64,000 bases of DNA from positions 272,648-336,647 of the forward strand of contig CAIOPG010000004.1 in assembly GCA_903860135.1 (NCBI GenBank), given 5' to 3'. The stretch is from Candidatus Omnitrophota bacterium (GTDB lineage: Bacteria > Omnitrophota > Gorgyraeia > Zapsychrales > Fredricksoniimonadaceae). The notes below the pieces were generated by a model. It did no database searches and had not been told where the DNA came from. It saw only the letters and a program-made list of their open reading frames with translations. Below are positions 33,236-42,796 of this stretch, one piece after another. Made by a program: the position numbers and the translations under genes. Each line of letters starts with the position of its first letter. Positions within the stretch are counted from its first letter, which is position 1.

Positions 33236-33834
33236 TGACCAGGGGCCGCATCATCATCCTTTCAGGGCCGTCGGGGGTTGGCAAGACCACCCTGCACGAC
33301 CTTCTTTTGTCAACGCCTCCTTTTAAGGGCCGCATTGTGCGGTCGATCTCTGCGACAACACGACAACCGCGCGGGCAGGAACGCCACGGGAGGGATTATC
33401 TTTTTCTTTCTCCCAAAATGTTCGCGTACAAGGTTCGCGCCGGGCATTTTCTGGAATGGATGAAGGTGTTCGATCATTATTACGGAACACCCTTAAAGAA
33501 TGTGCACGACGCCCAGGCCCGGGGCCAGCATGTCCTTTTGTGCATTGATGTGCACGGGGCACTGGCCGTGAAGGCCAAAATACTTGACGCGCTCATGATC
33601 TTTGTGAAAACCCCGACGCCAGAAGAGCTTCGCCGCCGCCTAGAGGCACGCGGGACGGACTCGCCCGCAAGTGTCGCCATCCGCCTCAAGAAAGCCTGCG
33701 CCGAGATCGACCTCGCCGCGCGCTATGACCATGTGGTCGTCAACAACACCCTGCCCGAAGCCTTCAAACAATTAGCCACGATCGTAGCACAAGAATTGGG
33801 GATTGTGCTGAAGGGGAACGTGACTGAGGCGTAA
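33232..33834 (+). CDS. gmk: guanylate kinase
   Basis: SGPSGVGKTT, SISATTRQPR, YYGTP. Confidence 0.95.
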   Translation: MMTRGRIIILSGPSGVGKTTLHDLLLSTPPFKGRIVRSISATTRQPRGQERHGRDYLFLSPKMFAYKVRAGHFLEWMKVFDHYYGTPLKNVHDAQARGQHVLLCIDVHGALAVKAKILDALMIFVKTPTPEELRRRLEARGTDSPASVAIRLKKACAEIDLAARYDHVVVNNTLPEAFKQLATIVAQELGIVLKGNVTEA

Positions 33835-33929
33835 CATCTTTTTCCGTCGGGATGCGTTGACATTTGGGCGGGGTTGTGCTATATAACAATGCTATTCTTC
33901 AGGTTAAAAGATGATTAGGGAGGGTTACG

Positions 33930-34169
33930 ATGGCGTATTTACCGTTGGAAGACTTGTTGCCGCGCGCGGCTAACAGTTCGTATAAGTTGGTTCGCATGGT
34001 TGCCATGCGGGCGCTGGAGGTTGGCGAAGGCGGGGCAAAGCTGGTCGCGTCGTCGATCAACGAGAAGCCGGTAACAACCGCCATGCGCGAAGTTATCGCC
34101 GGGTGTGTGATGACCAAAGAAGCTTCTGATATCATGAAGAAGGCGGCCAAGGCGGCCAAGCACGCGTAA
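33930..34169 (+). CDS. rpoZ: RNA polymerase omega subunit
   Basis: SYKLVRMVAMRA, KPVTTAMREV; synteny gmk-rpoZ-coa. Confidence 0.9.
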   Translation: MAYLPLEDLLPRAANSSYKLVRMVAMRALEVGEGGAKLVASSINEKPVTTAMREVIAGCVMTKEASDIMKKAAKAAKHA

Positions 34170-34173
34170 TTCG

Positions 34174-34728
34174 ATGGGTAAGCCGTGCGTTGTTCTGGGT
34201 GTGACCGGAAGCATTGCCGCGTACAAGGCGGGTGATATTATCCGTCGGTTGCACGATGAGCACTGTGACGTTGTTGTTGTGATGACGCCGGCCGCGGAAA
34301 AGTTTGTGACACCGCTGACGTTTGAAGTTCTTTCCCGGGGTCCTGTTTATCGGGATATGTTTGCGCGTGAGGGCAATTGGGATATTGCCCATGTGGCGCT
34401 GGCCCAGCGGGCTGATATTTTTCTGATCGCGCCGGCAACGGCTGATTGCCTTGCCAAGGTTGTGGCGGGGATAGCCGATGACCTGGTATGTTGTACCGCC
34501 GTGGCGACTAAAGCGCCGGTCGTGATCGCTCCGGCGATGAATACAGATATGTTCACGAGTGCTGTTGTTCAGGAAAATATCGCCCGGCTGACAGCGCGGG
34601 GCATTAAATTTGTTGCACCTAAAGAAAATTCCCGTTTGGCGTGTGGCGTGACGGGGCAGGGTGCCCTGGCGGATGTGGATGTGATCGTCAGGACGGTCGT
34701 TGATCTTTTGAAATCTGTGGCGCGGTAG
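34174..34728 (+). CDS. coaC: phosphopantothenoylcysteine decarboxylase (CoaC half only)
   Basis: GVTGSIAAYK, APATAD, APAMN, LACG; ends after 184 aa with no CoaB domain. Confidence 0.9.
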   Translation: MGKPCVVLGVTGSIAAYKAGDIIRRLHDEHCDVVVVMTPAAEKFVTPLTFEVLSRGPVYRDMFAREGNWDIAHVALAQRADIFLIAPATADCLAKVVAGIADDLVCCTAVATKAPVVIAPAMNTDMFTSAVVQENIARLTARGIKFVAPKENSRLACGVTGQGALADVDVIVRTVVDLLKSVAR

Positions 34729-34793
34729 CCAAGTGGTAAGGCAGCAGTCTGCAAAACTGCTATGCACCGGTTCAAATCCGGTCCGCGCCTCCA
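34719..34793 (+). tRNA. tRNA-Cys(GCA)
   Basis: Cloverleaf; anticodon arm GCAGT-CTGCAAA-ACTGC; CCA encoded. Confidence 0.95.
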
Positions 34794-34814
34794 ATGTTTT
34801 TGCCGGATGTATAC

Positions 34815-34897
34815 GGGCGAGTGGTGGAATGGTATACACGAAGGACTTAAAATCCTTTGGCTGAAAGGCCTTGAGGGTTCAATTCCCTCCTCGCCCA
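34815..34897 (+). tRNA. tRNA-Leu(TAA)
   Basis: Anticodon arm AAGGA-CTTAAAA-TCCTT; long variable arm. Confidence 0.95.
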
Positions 34898-34976
34898 TGT
34901 TTTTGGATGGCAGGAAAGATTTTTCTTGTGGCTTTTTGTTTCACACGATATACTCTTGAAAAATTTCGCGCTTATT

Positions 34977-35054
34977 GGACCCATAGCTCAGTTTGGTTAG
35001 AGCGCTTCCTTGACATGGAAGAGGTCAGAGGTTCGAGTCCTCTTGGGTCCACCA
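34977..35054 (+). tRNA. tRNA-Val(GAC)
   Basis: Anticodon arm CTTCC-TTGACAT-GGAAG; CCA encoded. Confidence 0.95.
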
Positions 35055-35094
35055 TTTTTAACCCTTGCCGACGGATATGTCGGTTTTATTTTCT

Positions 35095-36828
35095 ATGGAC
35101 TATTCACGCGATATTGATAAATTACGTCACACCTGCGCTCATGTGATGGCCCAGGCGGTCAAACTGTTGTGGCCCGAGGCCAAGGCGGCGATCGGCCCGG
35201 CGATCGACAACGGTTTTTATTATGACTTCGATAAGAAGGAGCCGTTCACCGACCAGGACCTGGCCCAGATCACCAAGGCCATGCAGAAGATCATTAACAA
35301 AGACCTTCCGCTGACGGCAACGCTCGTCGATAAAAAGGCGGCGATTGATATTTTCAGCAACCTGGGCGAGACGTATAAGATTGAGCTGATCAACGGAATC
35401 GTTGACGAAAAAGTTTCCATTTATACGACGGGCGACAACCAGTATGCGGACTTGTGCAAGGGGCCGCATGTGGCGTCCACCGGCGCGATCAAGGCGTTCA
35501 AACTTATGTCTGTCGCCGGGGCGTATTGGCGCGGTGATCAGAAGAACGCCATGCTTCAGCGCATTTACGGTACATGCTTTGCGTCGAAAGAAGAGCTGGA
35601 TCAATATTTGAAAGGCATTGAGGAAGCGGACAAGCGTGACCATCGCAAGATCGGTGCCGCGCTTGACCTGTTCCATATTTATCATGAAGAAGCCGGCGCG
35701 GGGTTGGTGTTCTATCACCCCAAAGGGGCTTTGATGCGCAAGATCCTCGAGGATTTTACGCGCAACCTGCATTTGAAGCGCGGGTATGACCTTGTGCAGA
35801 CGCCGAATTTCCTGCGCGGGAAGCTGTGGGAAATCTCCGGCCACGCGGACCATTACCGCGAGAACATGTATTATTTCAAGATCGACGACGAGGAATATGC
35901 GGTCAAGCCCATGAACTGCCCGGGCCACATGCTCATTTACAAGCATCGCCTGCATTCATACCGAGAACTGCCGATCAAGCTGTTTGAGCTGGGTACGGTT
36001 TATCGTTATGAAAAAGCGGGCGTATTGCATGGCTTGTTGCGGGTGCGCGGCTTTACGCAGGACGATGCGCATATTTTCTGCCGCCGCGATCAGGTAAAGG
36101 TTGAAGTTGAAAAGGTGCTCGACCTCGCTTTTGAAATCCTTTCCGCGTTCGGGTTTAAGGATTACACGATCAAGCTGAGTACGCGTCCTGAAAAATTTAT
36201 CGGCCGGCCTGAAGATTGGGCGTTGGCGACAGAGTCCCTCAAGCAGGCACTTGAAAGCAAGGGCATTGCCTATGAGATCAATGAAGGCGATGGCGCTTTC
36301 TACGGGCCCAAGATTGATTTGAAGCTTAAAGATGCGTTGGGCCGTGAATGGCAGTGCAGTACGATCCAGTGTGATTTTGCCCTGCCCGAACGCTTTGACC
36401 TTTCGTTCATGAATGACCAGGGTGTGGCCGAACGGCCGATCATGCTCCATCGTGCGCTTTTTGGCAGTGTGGAGCGCTTCTTTGGTACACTCATTGAGCA
36501 CCATGCCGGCAATTTTCCGTTGTGGCTGGCACCGGTGCAGGTCATTGTTGTTCCGATCAAGTCCGATCATGATGCATTTGCCAAAGCCGTGGTGGAAAAA
36601 TTGCGCCAGGAAGATATCCGTGTTGAGCTCGATGCGCGCAATGAATCGTTGGGAAAACGTATCCGCGAAGCGCGCCTTCAGCGCACCCCGTATGTCCTTG
36701 TCATTGGGGATAAAGAGGTGGCGGGGGCCATGGTCGCGGTCAGAAAACGCCCGGAAACGGACCTGGGCGCGATGCCCGTGGAGCAGTTCTTAAGCCTTGT
36801 ATGTAAAGAGATTGTTGACAAAATTTAG
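35095..36828 (+). CDS. thrS: threonine--tRNA ligase (no N-terminal TGS domain)
   Basis: LRHTCAH, DLCKGPH, KPMNCP, GAFYGPKID. Confidence 0.97.
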   Translation: MDYSRDIDKLRHTCAHVMAQAVKLLWPEAKAAIGPAIDNGFYYDFDKKEPFTDQDLAQITKAMQKIINKDLPLTATLVDKKAAIDIFSNLGETYKIELINGIVDEKVSIYTTGDNQYADLCKGPHVASTGAIKAFKLMSVAGAYWRGDQKNAMLQRIYGTCFASKEELDQYLKGIEEADKRDHRKIGAALDLFHIYHEEAGAGLVFYHPKGALMRKILEDFTRNLHLKRGYDLVQTPNFLRGKLWEISGHADHYRENMYYFKIDDEEYAVKPMNCPGHMLIYKHRLHSYRELPIKLFELGTVYRYEKAGVLHGLLRVRGFTQDDAHIFCRRDQVKVEVEKVLDLAFEILSAFGFKDYTIKLSTRPEKFIGRPEDWALATESLKQALESKGIAYEINEGDGAFYGPKIDLKLKDALGREWQCSTIQCDFALPERFDLSFMNDQGVAERPIMLHRALFGSVERFFGTLIEHHAGNFPLWLAPVQVIVVPIKSDHDAFAKAVVEKLRQEDIRVELDARNESLGKRIREARLQRTPYVLVIGDKEVAGAMVAVRKRPETDLGAMPVEQFLSLVCKEIVDKI

Positions 36829-36945
36829 TTTTTTAAGATAATAGGGCATTGAATTTTTTTCCAAAAGCCTTTCTGACGCGTTGTCAGCAGGGAAATGGAT
36901 GGCAGTCCCGCCGGAAATGCGAGACTTTATAGGGAGGTGGTCGTT

Positions 36946-37464
36946 ATTCAAAAGAGGATCCGTATCAATGAGCAGATCCGTTCGAATGAGGTTCGTGTCA
37001 TAGGACCTAACTCGGAACAGCTCGGTGTAGTAACGTCAATCCGGGCCATGGAACTTGCGGATCAGCATGAACTTGACCTTGTTGAAGTTGCACCTACAGC
37101 CAAGCCGCCTGTTTGCCGCATCATGGATTTCAGCAAGTATAAATATGAGCAGGAAAAGAAGGAACGTCGCGCCAAGAAACACGCGCACATCTCCCAGCTC
37201 AAGCAGATCAAGATCAAGCCGCATATCGAGGAACATGATTATCAGACCAAGCTGAAGCAGACGCTGGCGTTCCTTGATAAAAAAGATAAAGTAAGGATCA
37301 ACCTGTTTTTCCAGGGTCGTGAAATGGCATTCCGCGAAAAGGCCAAGACGCTCCTGGATCGGTTCGTGACCGATACCGCCGAGGTTGCGCAGATAGAAAA
37401 AGATGTGATGATGGAAGGCAAAGTCATGTCCATTGTCATCGCCCCGAAGGCTGATAAGGCGTAA
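36946..37464 (+). CDS. infC: translation initiation factor IF-3 (ATT start)
   Basis: RINEQIR, LDLVEVAP, PVCRIMD; GGAGGTG RBS precedes an in-frame ATT at 36946. Confidence 0.95.
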   Translation: MQKRIRINEQIRSNEVRVIGPNSEQLGVVTSIRAMELADQHELDLVEVAPTAKPPVCRIMDFSKYKYEQEKKERRAKKHAHISQLKQIKIKPHIEEHDYQTKLKQTLAFLDKKDKVRINLFFQGREMAFREKAKTLLDRFVTDTAEVAQIEKDVMMEGKVMSIVIAPKADKA

Positions 37465-37495
37465 CAGCAAGGGTTAACAAAAGAGGTCGTAGAGT

Positions 37496-37693
37496 ATGCC
37501 CAAGTTAAAAACAAAAAAAGGCGTGGCCAAGCGCTTTAAGATCACCAAGTCTGGTAAGATCAAGAAACGCAGTGCGGGCCGCGGACACATTCTTTCTAAA
37601 ATGACACGTAAACGTAAGCGCAAACTCCGCAAAAGCGGTTATCTTGCCGGCGTCGAAGTAAAGAAGATCAGGAGGATGCTCCCGTATGGTTAA
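37496..37693 (+). CDS. rpmI: 50S ribosomal protein L35
   Basis: MPKLKT..GVAKRFKIT. Confidence 0.97.
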   Translation: MPKLKTKKGVAKRFKITKSGKIKKRSAGRGHILSKMTRKRKRKLRKSGYLAGVEVKKIRRMLPYG

Positions 37694-38078
37694 GATCAAG
37701 AATTCCGTCGCGCGGAAAAAAGGGCGTAAACGCGTTTTTAGACTGACCAAGGGTTTTTATGGTCAGAAAAAGAATCGCTGGGGTCAGGCCATGCGCGCGC
37801 TCATCAAGGCGTTGCGTTACAGTGCCCGCGACAGAAAGGCCCGTGCCCGCGCTTTCCGCAGTCTGTGGATCGTGCGTATTAATGCCGCGTGCCAGTCACA
37901 TGGTTTGGTTTACAGCCGTTTTATCAAGGGGCTGAAGGCTGCCAAGATCGAGATCAACCGCAAGATGCTGGCGGAGATCGCGCTGAATGATGCGCCTACG
38001 TTCAAGAAGATCGTTGATATCGCGGACAAGGCTATTCCGGCCAATGTCACGCGCAAAAAGGTTCCCGCCAAGGCGTAA
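37686..38078 (+). CDS. rplT: 50S ribosomal protein L20
   Basis: FRSLWIVRINAA, INRKMLAEIA. Confidence 0.97.
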   Translation: MVKIKNSVARKKGRKRVFRLTKGFYGQKKNRWGQAMRALIKALRYSARDRKARARAFRSLWIVRINAACQSHGLVYSRFIKGLKAAKIEINRKMLAEIALNDAPTFKKIVDIADKAIPANVTRKKVPAKA

Positions 38079-38101
38079 GCTTTTTCCTTGGAGAAACTAT
38101 T

Positions 38102-38130
38102 AAGGGCTCCTTTCTTAAGGAGCCCTTTTT
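38102..38130 (+). terminator. intrinsic terminator after rplT
   Basis: AAGGGCTCCTT-TCTT-AAGGAGCCCTT followed by TTT. Confidence 0.85.
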
Positions 38131-38178
38131 ATGTTATAATATGATTTTTAATGACTAACATCGACGATAAGGCTTGAG

Positions 38179-39192
38179 ATGAGTTGGGATTTTGAGACGA
38201 TAAAACACGATGTAGCGATCCAGGTGGCAGGGGCTGGGGTGCTCGACGCGCTCGAGGCGGTACGCATTAAGTTCCTCGGCAAGAAGGGCCTTGTGCCGGA
38301 GATGTACGCGGCACTTCCGTCGGCGGCGCCTGATGAGAAAAAGGCACTGGGCAAAAATGCCAATGAAATCAAGGTGCTGGCGGAAACGCTGATCGCGGCG
38401 CGCAAGGTGGCGCTAACGGCGCAGGCCAAGGTGGGGGACGCCCTTGATGTTACGCTTCCGGGCATGGCCGTGGCGCAGGGGACACAGCACTTGATCAATC
38501 AGACGCTCGAAGAGATCTGTGATGTTTTTTTGCGCATGGGCTTTGTGATCGAGCGTGGGCCCGAGATCGAAACAGAGTTCCATAATTTCACGGCCTTGAA
38601 CATTCCGCTCGACCATCCGTCGCGCGATGCGTTTGATACGTTTTATCTGGATGAGAAAGATCCGGGGGCGGACGGCCGGTATCTGCTCTTGCGCAGTCAT
38701 ACGTCGCCGGGGCAGATGCGGGTTATGAAACAACACAAGCCGCCGATGGCGGTCATCATCCCGGGTAAGGTATATCGACCCGACGCGGTGGACGCGAGCC
38801 ATTCGTTCATGTTCCATCAGATCGAGGGTCTTCTGATCGACAAGAATGTTACGTTCGCGGACCTTAAGGGGCTGTTGACGGCGTTCTGTAAAAAGTTTTT
38901 TGGTGATGATGTGAAGATGCGGTTCCGCCCGCATTTCTTTCCGTTCACGGAGCCGTCGGCGGAGGTGGATATTCAGTCGAACATTTTCAAAGGGAGAGCC
39001 GGCAAGTGGCTGGAGATCCTGGGGTGCGGCATGGTGCATCCTAAGGTGTTCGAACATGCGGGTTATCCGCCGGGTGAATATACGGGGCTGGCGTTTGGCC
39101 TTGGGGTGGAACGCATTGCCATGCTCAAGCACGGCATTGGCGATATTCGTGTTTTTACTGAAAACGATCTCAGATTCCTTAAACAATTTTAG
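38179..39192 (+). CDS. pheS: phenylalanine--tRNA ligase alpha subunit
   Basis: HPSRD, LLRSHTS, FHQIEG, FPFTEPSAE. Confidence 0.97.
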   Translation: MSWDFETIKHDVAIQVAGAGVLDALEAVRIKFLGKKGLVPEMYAALPSAAPDEKKALGKNANEIKVLAETLIAARKVALTAQAKVGDALDVTLPGMAVAQGTQHLINQTLEEICDVFLRMGFVIERGPEIETEFHNFTALNIPLDHPSRDAFDTFYLDEKDPGADGRYLLLRSHTSPGQMRVMKQHKPPMAVIIPGKVYRPDAVDASHSFMFHQIEGLLIDKNVTFADLKGLLTAFCKKFFGDDVKMRFRPHFFPFTEPSAEVDIQSNIFKGRAGKWLEILGCGMVHPKVFEHAGYPPGEYTGLAFGLGVERIAMLKHGIGDIRVFTENDLRFLKQF

Positions 39193-39198
39193 GACTTT

Positions 39199-41223
39199 AT
39201 GAAATTAAGTTTGAATTGGTTAAAGCATTACATTGAGCATGGGTTGACGGCCGCTGAACTTTCTGCGCGCATGACCATGGCGGGGTTGGAAGTGGAACAT
39301 CAGGAAACGGTCGATGGCGATACCGTCTTTGAGATCGAGATCACGCCCAATCGGCCCGATTGCCTTAACATGCTGGGGCTGGCGCGTGAGGTGTCGGCGA
39401 TCACAGATAAAGCGTTGTGCCTTCCGGTGGTGAATGTTCATGCGGATCAGGCGGGGATTGAGATTGTTGTTGAAGATAAAGAGGCTTGTCGTCGATATAT
39501 TGGCACGCTGATCGAAGGCGTGACGGTGCGTGAATTTCCGGCGGACAAGGCGAAGGTCTTGCAGGCCATCGGGGTGAAGACGATCTCCAACATTGTTGAT
39601 GTTACCAATTTTGTATTGTTTGAATACGGACAGCCCCTGCATGCGTTTGATGCGGACAAACTTGTCGGTGGCAAGATCGTCGTGCGCCGGGCGAAGAAGG
39701 GTGAGAAGCTTGTGACGCTCGATGAGGTGGAGCGGGTGCTGGATGAAAGTATTCTGGTGATCGCGGATGCGGAAAAACCTGTGGCCATCGCCGGTATTAT
39801 GGGCGGGAAAGCAACGGGTGTGACGTCGGCGACGAAGCGCATTATCTTGGAGAGTGCCTATTTTGATATGGGGCTTGTCCGTCGGGCGTCGCGCAAGCTC
39901 GGGCTGGGCAGTGATGCCAGTTACAGGTTTGAGCGCGGGGTGGATATGGGCGGTGTGGTGAAAGCATCAGATCGTGCGACGGACATGATCCTCGCCCTGG
40001 CCGGTGGCAAGGTCGTGGCCCGGCGAGATACGGGTGCCGGTATCACGGCGGCGGTGCGTCTTGCGATCACGGTGTCTGCCAATGATATAAAAAAACTTTT
40101 GGGTACAACGATTGATACGGCCCGGGCGCGGCGTATCCTGGAGCGTTTGGGCTGTGCCGTGACGGTGGCCGGTGATGTGATGACGGTGATCCCCCCGGAC
40201 AATCGCAATGATCTAAAGATCAAGGAAGATATTATCGAAGAAGCCGGGCGCGTGGTCGGGTTTGATAATTTGCCGCTGACCTTGCCGCGTGTGGGGGCGT
40301 TGAATATTCCCGTTGATCTGGAGCGTGAGGATTTCAACCGGCGCGTGGCGGCCAGTTTTATGGCCCAGGGGTTTAATGAAATATTGACCTATGCCATGAT
40401 CAGCCGTGCGGCGTTGGAAAAAGCCGGGTACGACGGGGTTAAGCCGGTGGCCATGCAGAATCCGATGTCAGCGGAGCAGGAATTGATGCGCCCGGCGGTA
40501 TTGGCGAATATGCTTTTGGTTGTGGCATCGAACATGAACCATGGGCAGAAGGATCTTTGTTTGTTCGAGGTCGGCAAGCGGTACCTGCCGACGGGTGAAC
40601 GGTGGACGCTGGGTGTGATCCTGACGGGGCGGCGTGCCAATGACTGGCGTCGGGGTAAACGTGAGGCCATGGATTTCTTTGATATCAAAGGCGCGGTTGA
40701 AACGGCCTTTGGGCGTCAGCGTGTGGCGGGTTTGAAATTTATCGTCGGCAAAGATGCTGGGTTAGAGCCGGGGCAGACGGCGCGGGTTTTGATCGGAAAT
40801 CAGGATGTAGGCCGTATCGGGAAAGTGGCTGAGCAGGTGCTGCTTAATTTTGAGATCAAGAAGGCGGATGTTTATTTTGCGGAGATTGACCTGGAATATG
40901 CGCGTGATGCCGTAACGCCGCGGTTGAAGTTCGAGGCGCTGGATGAATATCCTTCCGTCGTGCGGGATGTGAGCCTGGCGGTGAAGGATGTGGTGTTTGA
41001 AGACTTGCGTGCGTTGTGTTTGGCTAATGGCCAGGGGTTGTTGCGCAAAGTTGAGCTTGTGGAAGAGTACCGTGGTGATAAGATAGAGGCTGGATTTAAG
41101 GGGCTGGTTGTTTCCTTGACGTATCAGGCCAAGGACAGGACATTGACCGAGGATGTGATCACAGCGTTGCATGAGGGTATTGTGGCAAAATTGCTGGGAA
41201 GTTTTACAGCACGCCGGAGATAA
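39199..41223 (+). CDS. pheT: phenylalanine--tRNA ligase beta subunit (short form lacking the B2 OB fold)
   Basis: TPNRPDCL, GQPLHAFD, SYRFERG, YPSVVRDVS. Confidence 0.95.
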   Translation: MKLSLNWLKHYIEHGLTAAELSARMTMAGLEVEHQETVDGDTVFEIEITPNRPDCLNMLGLAREVSAITDKALCLPVVNVHADQAGIEIVVEDKEACRRYIGTLIEGVTVREFPADKAKVLQAIGVKTISNIVDVTNFVLFEYGQPLHAFDADKLVGGKIVVRRAKKGEKLVTLDEVERVLDESILVIADAEKPVAIAGIMGGKATGVTSATKRIILESAYFDMGLVRRASRKLGLGSDASYRFERGVDMGGVVKASDRATDMILALAGGKVVARRDTGAGITAAVRLAITVSANDIKKLLGTTIDTARARRILERLGCAVTVAGDVMTVIPPDNRNDLKIKEDIIEEAGRVVGFDNLPLTLPRVGALNIPVDLEREDFNRRVAASFMAQGFNEILTYAMISRAALEKAGYDGVKPVAMQNPMSAEQELMRPAVLANMLLVVASNMNHGQKDLCLFEVGKRYLPTGERWTLGVILTGRRANDWRRGKREAMDFFDIKGAVETAFGRQRVAGLKFIVGKDAGLEPGQTARVLIGNQDVGRIGKVAEQVLLNFEIKKADVYFAEIDLEYARDAVTPRLKFEALDEYPSVVRDVSLAVKDVVFEDLRALCLANGQGLLRKVELVEEYRGDKIEAGFKGLVVSLTYQAKDRTLTEDVITALHEGIVAKLLGSFTARRR

Positions 41224-41227
41224 TTTT

Positions 41228-41378
41228 ATCTGCCTGCTGTGTTCGTCAGGGGGTATGTAAATTTGAACCAATGCGTTTCTAAAGGGGTTTGTTGTCTTGC
41301 GCGCCCAAGGGCCGTGAGCTTTTCCCCACCTGTCTACCAGGTTCGAATACGCACGCTCTCAACGGCATAAGCGGGTTT
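41228..41378 (+). ncRNA. ssrS: 6S RNA candidate
   Basis: Rod-like self-complementarity (TGCTGT.../...ACGGCA, TTGAACC/GGTTCGA); typical position downstream of pheT and upstream of ygfA-rny; followed by a terminator. Confidence 0.65.
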
Positions 41379-41385
41379 TATTTCA

Positions 41386-41423
41386 GCCCTGCGCTCAACA
41401 TAAGAGCGCGGGGTTCATTTTTT
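41386..41423 (+). terminator. terminator after the 6S candidate
   Basis: CCCTGCGCTC-7 nt-GAGCGCGGGG then TTCATTTTTT. Confidence 0.65.
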
Positions 41424-41435
41424 ATGAGGGTTACT

Positions 41436-42740
41436 ATGGGACTTTTTGAAGAAGAGCAGGGGTCGAACAAGCCGTTGTCGGTGCGCATGCGCCCGGCATC
41501 TCTCGATGAGATCGTCGGGCAGGAGCATATCCTGGGCCCGGGAAAATTGCTGACACGCGCGGTTGACGCGGATCGGGTATCGTCGATCATCCTTTATGGG
41601 CCGCCGGGTGTCGGGAAGACGACGTTGGCTTTATGTATCAGCAAGAAAACGGAAGCACAGTTTGAAAGTGTGAATGCCGTGGCATCGAATGTGGAGGAAT
41701 TGCGCCGGATCATCGCCGGGGCCAAAAATCGTCTGGCTACAACCGGGCGCAGGACTATTCTTTTCATCGACGAGATCCATCGCTTCAACAAGGCCCAGCA
41801 GGATGTGTTGATGCCTGATGTGGAAAACGGTATCCTTGTCCTGATCGGTGCCACGACCATGAATCCTTTCTTTTCCCTTGTTACGCCGCTCTTGTCGCGA
41901 TCGTTGGTGTTTGAATTAAAACCGTTAGGGCCGCTGTCGTTGATGGTTCTTTTGGAGCGGGCTTTGTTGGATGCCGTGCGGGGGTTGGGGCGGTTGCCTG
42001 TCAAGGCGGATAAGGCGGCGTTGGAATTTTTGGCAGACATTTCCGACGGGGATGCCCGGCGGGCGCTCAATGCGCTGGAGATCGGGTGCCTGAGTGTGCC
42101 CAAGAATGAAGCCGGCGAGATTGTTTTTGATCTGGCCGCGGCACAGGAGTCGATCCAGAAAAAGCAGGTGCAGTATGACGGGGACGGCGATGTGCATTAT
42201 GACACGATTTCAGCGTTCATTAAATCCATGCGCGGGTCTGACCCGGATGCCGCCTTGTACTGGCTGGCCAAGATGATCTACGCCGGCGAAGACCCCCGGT
42301 TCATTGCCCGGCGCATTGTGATCTGTGCCGCTGAAGATGTGGGCAATGCTGATCCGCAGGCGCTGGTCCTGGCGAACACCGCCGCCCAGGCGTCGGAGTT
42401 CATTGGTTTCCCTGAAGCCCGGATCATCCTGGCGCAAGCCGTGACCTATGTGGCCTGCGCCCCCAAGTCCAATGCCGCTTATTTGGGGATCGACAGGGCC
42501 CTGGAGGATGTGCGCAACAAAAAAGCCGGTAATGTCCCGTCACACCTTAAAGATGCGTCTTATGCCGGCGCGAAAAAACTCGGCCACGGCCAGGGCTACA
42601 AATACGCCCACGATTTCCCGGATCATTACGTGCCGCAGGAGTATATGCCCTTTAAAGCCACCTATTACGAACCAACGGATCTCGGCTACGAAAAAAAGAT
42701 CCGCGACCGCCTGGAAGTGCTGAGAAAAAGGGCGGGGTGA
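41436..42740 (+). CDS. rarA: replication-associated recombination protein A (RarA/MgsA)
   Basis: RMRP, GPPGVGKTT, IDEIHRFNKAQQD, SAFIKSMRGSDPDAA; start moved to ATG 41436 (GAGGG RBS). Confidence 0.95.
   Translation: MGLFEEEQGSNKPLSVRMRPASLDEIVGQEHILGPGKLLTRAVDADRVSSIILYGPPGVGKTTLALCISKKTEAQFESVNAVASNVEELRRIIAGAKNRLATTGRRTILFIDEIHRFNKAQQDVLMPDVENGILVLIGATTMNPFFSLVTPLLSRSLVFELKPLGPLSLMVLLERALLDAVRGLGRLPVKADKAALEFLADISDGDARRALNALEIGCLSVPKNEAGEIVFDLAAAQESIQKKQVQYDGDGDVHYDTISAFIKSMRGSDPDAALYWLAKMIYAGEDPRFIARRIVICAAEDVGNADPQALVLANTAAQASEFIGFPEARIILAQAVTYVACAPKSNAAYLGIDRALEDVRNKKAGNVPSHLKDASYAGAKKLGHGQGYKYAHDFPDHYVPQEYMPFKATYYEPTDLGYEKKIRDRLEVLRKRAG
42670..42740 (+). repeat. direct repeat copy 1: rarA 3' end
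   Basis: 71 nt, 63/71 identical to 43791-43861. Confidence 0.9.
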
Positions 42741-42742
42741 AC

Positions 42743-42790
42743 TGTGTTAATAACATATGCGTTGAAAATGTTATTAACACATGTTATCCT
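42743..42790 (+). promoter_or_regulatory. fic promoter with an overlapping 14-bp inverted-repeat operator
   Basis: TGTGTTAATAACAT-11 nt-ATGTTATTAACACA; TTGAAA-17-TATCCT, with the ATG 6 nt downstream. Confidence 0.65.
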
Positions 42791-42796
42791 TCAAGC

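Noticed and set aside
39199-41223. Short PheT and TGS-less ThrS as novelties
   Set aside because: Both domain losses are known variants in other bacteria.
41289-41435. N-terminal extension of RarA in the ORF track
   Set aside because: Overlaps the 6S candidate and its terminator; a better RBS and ATG lie at 41436.
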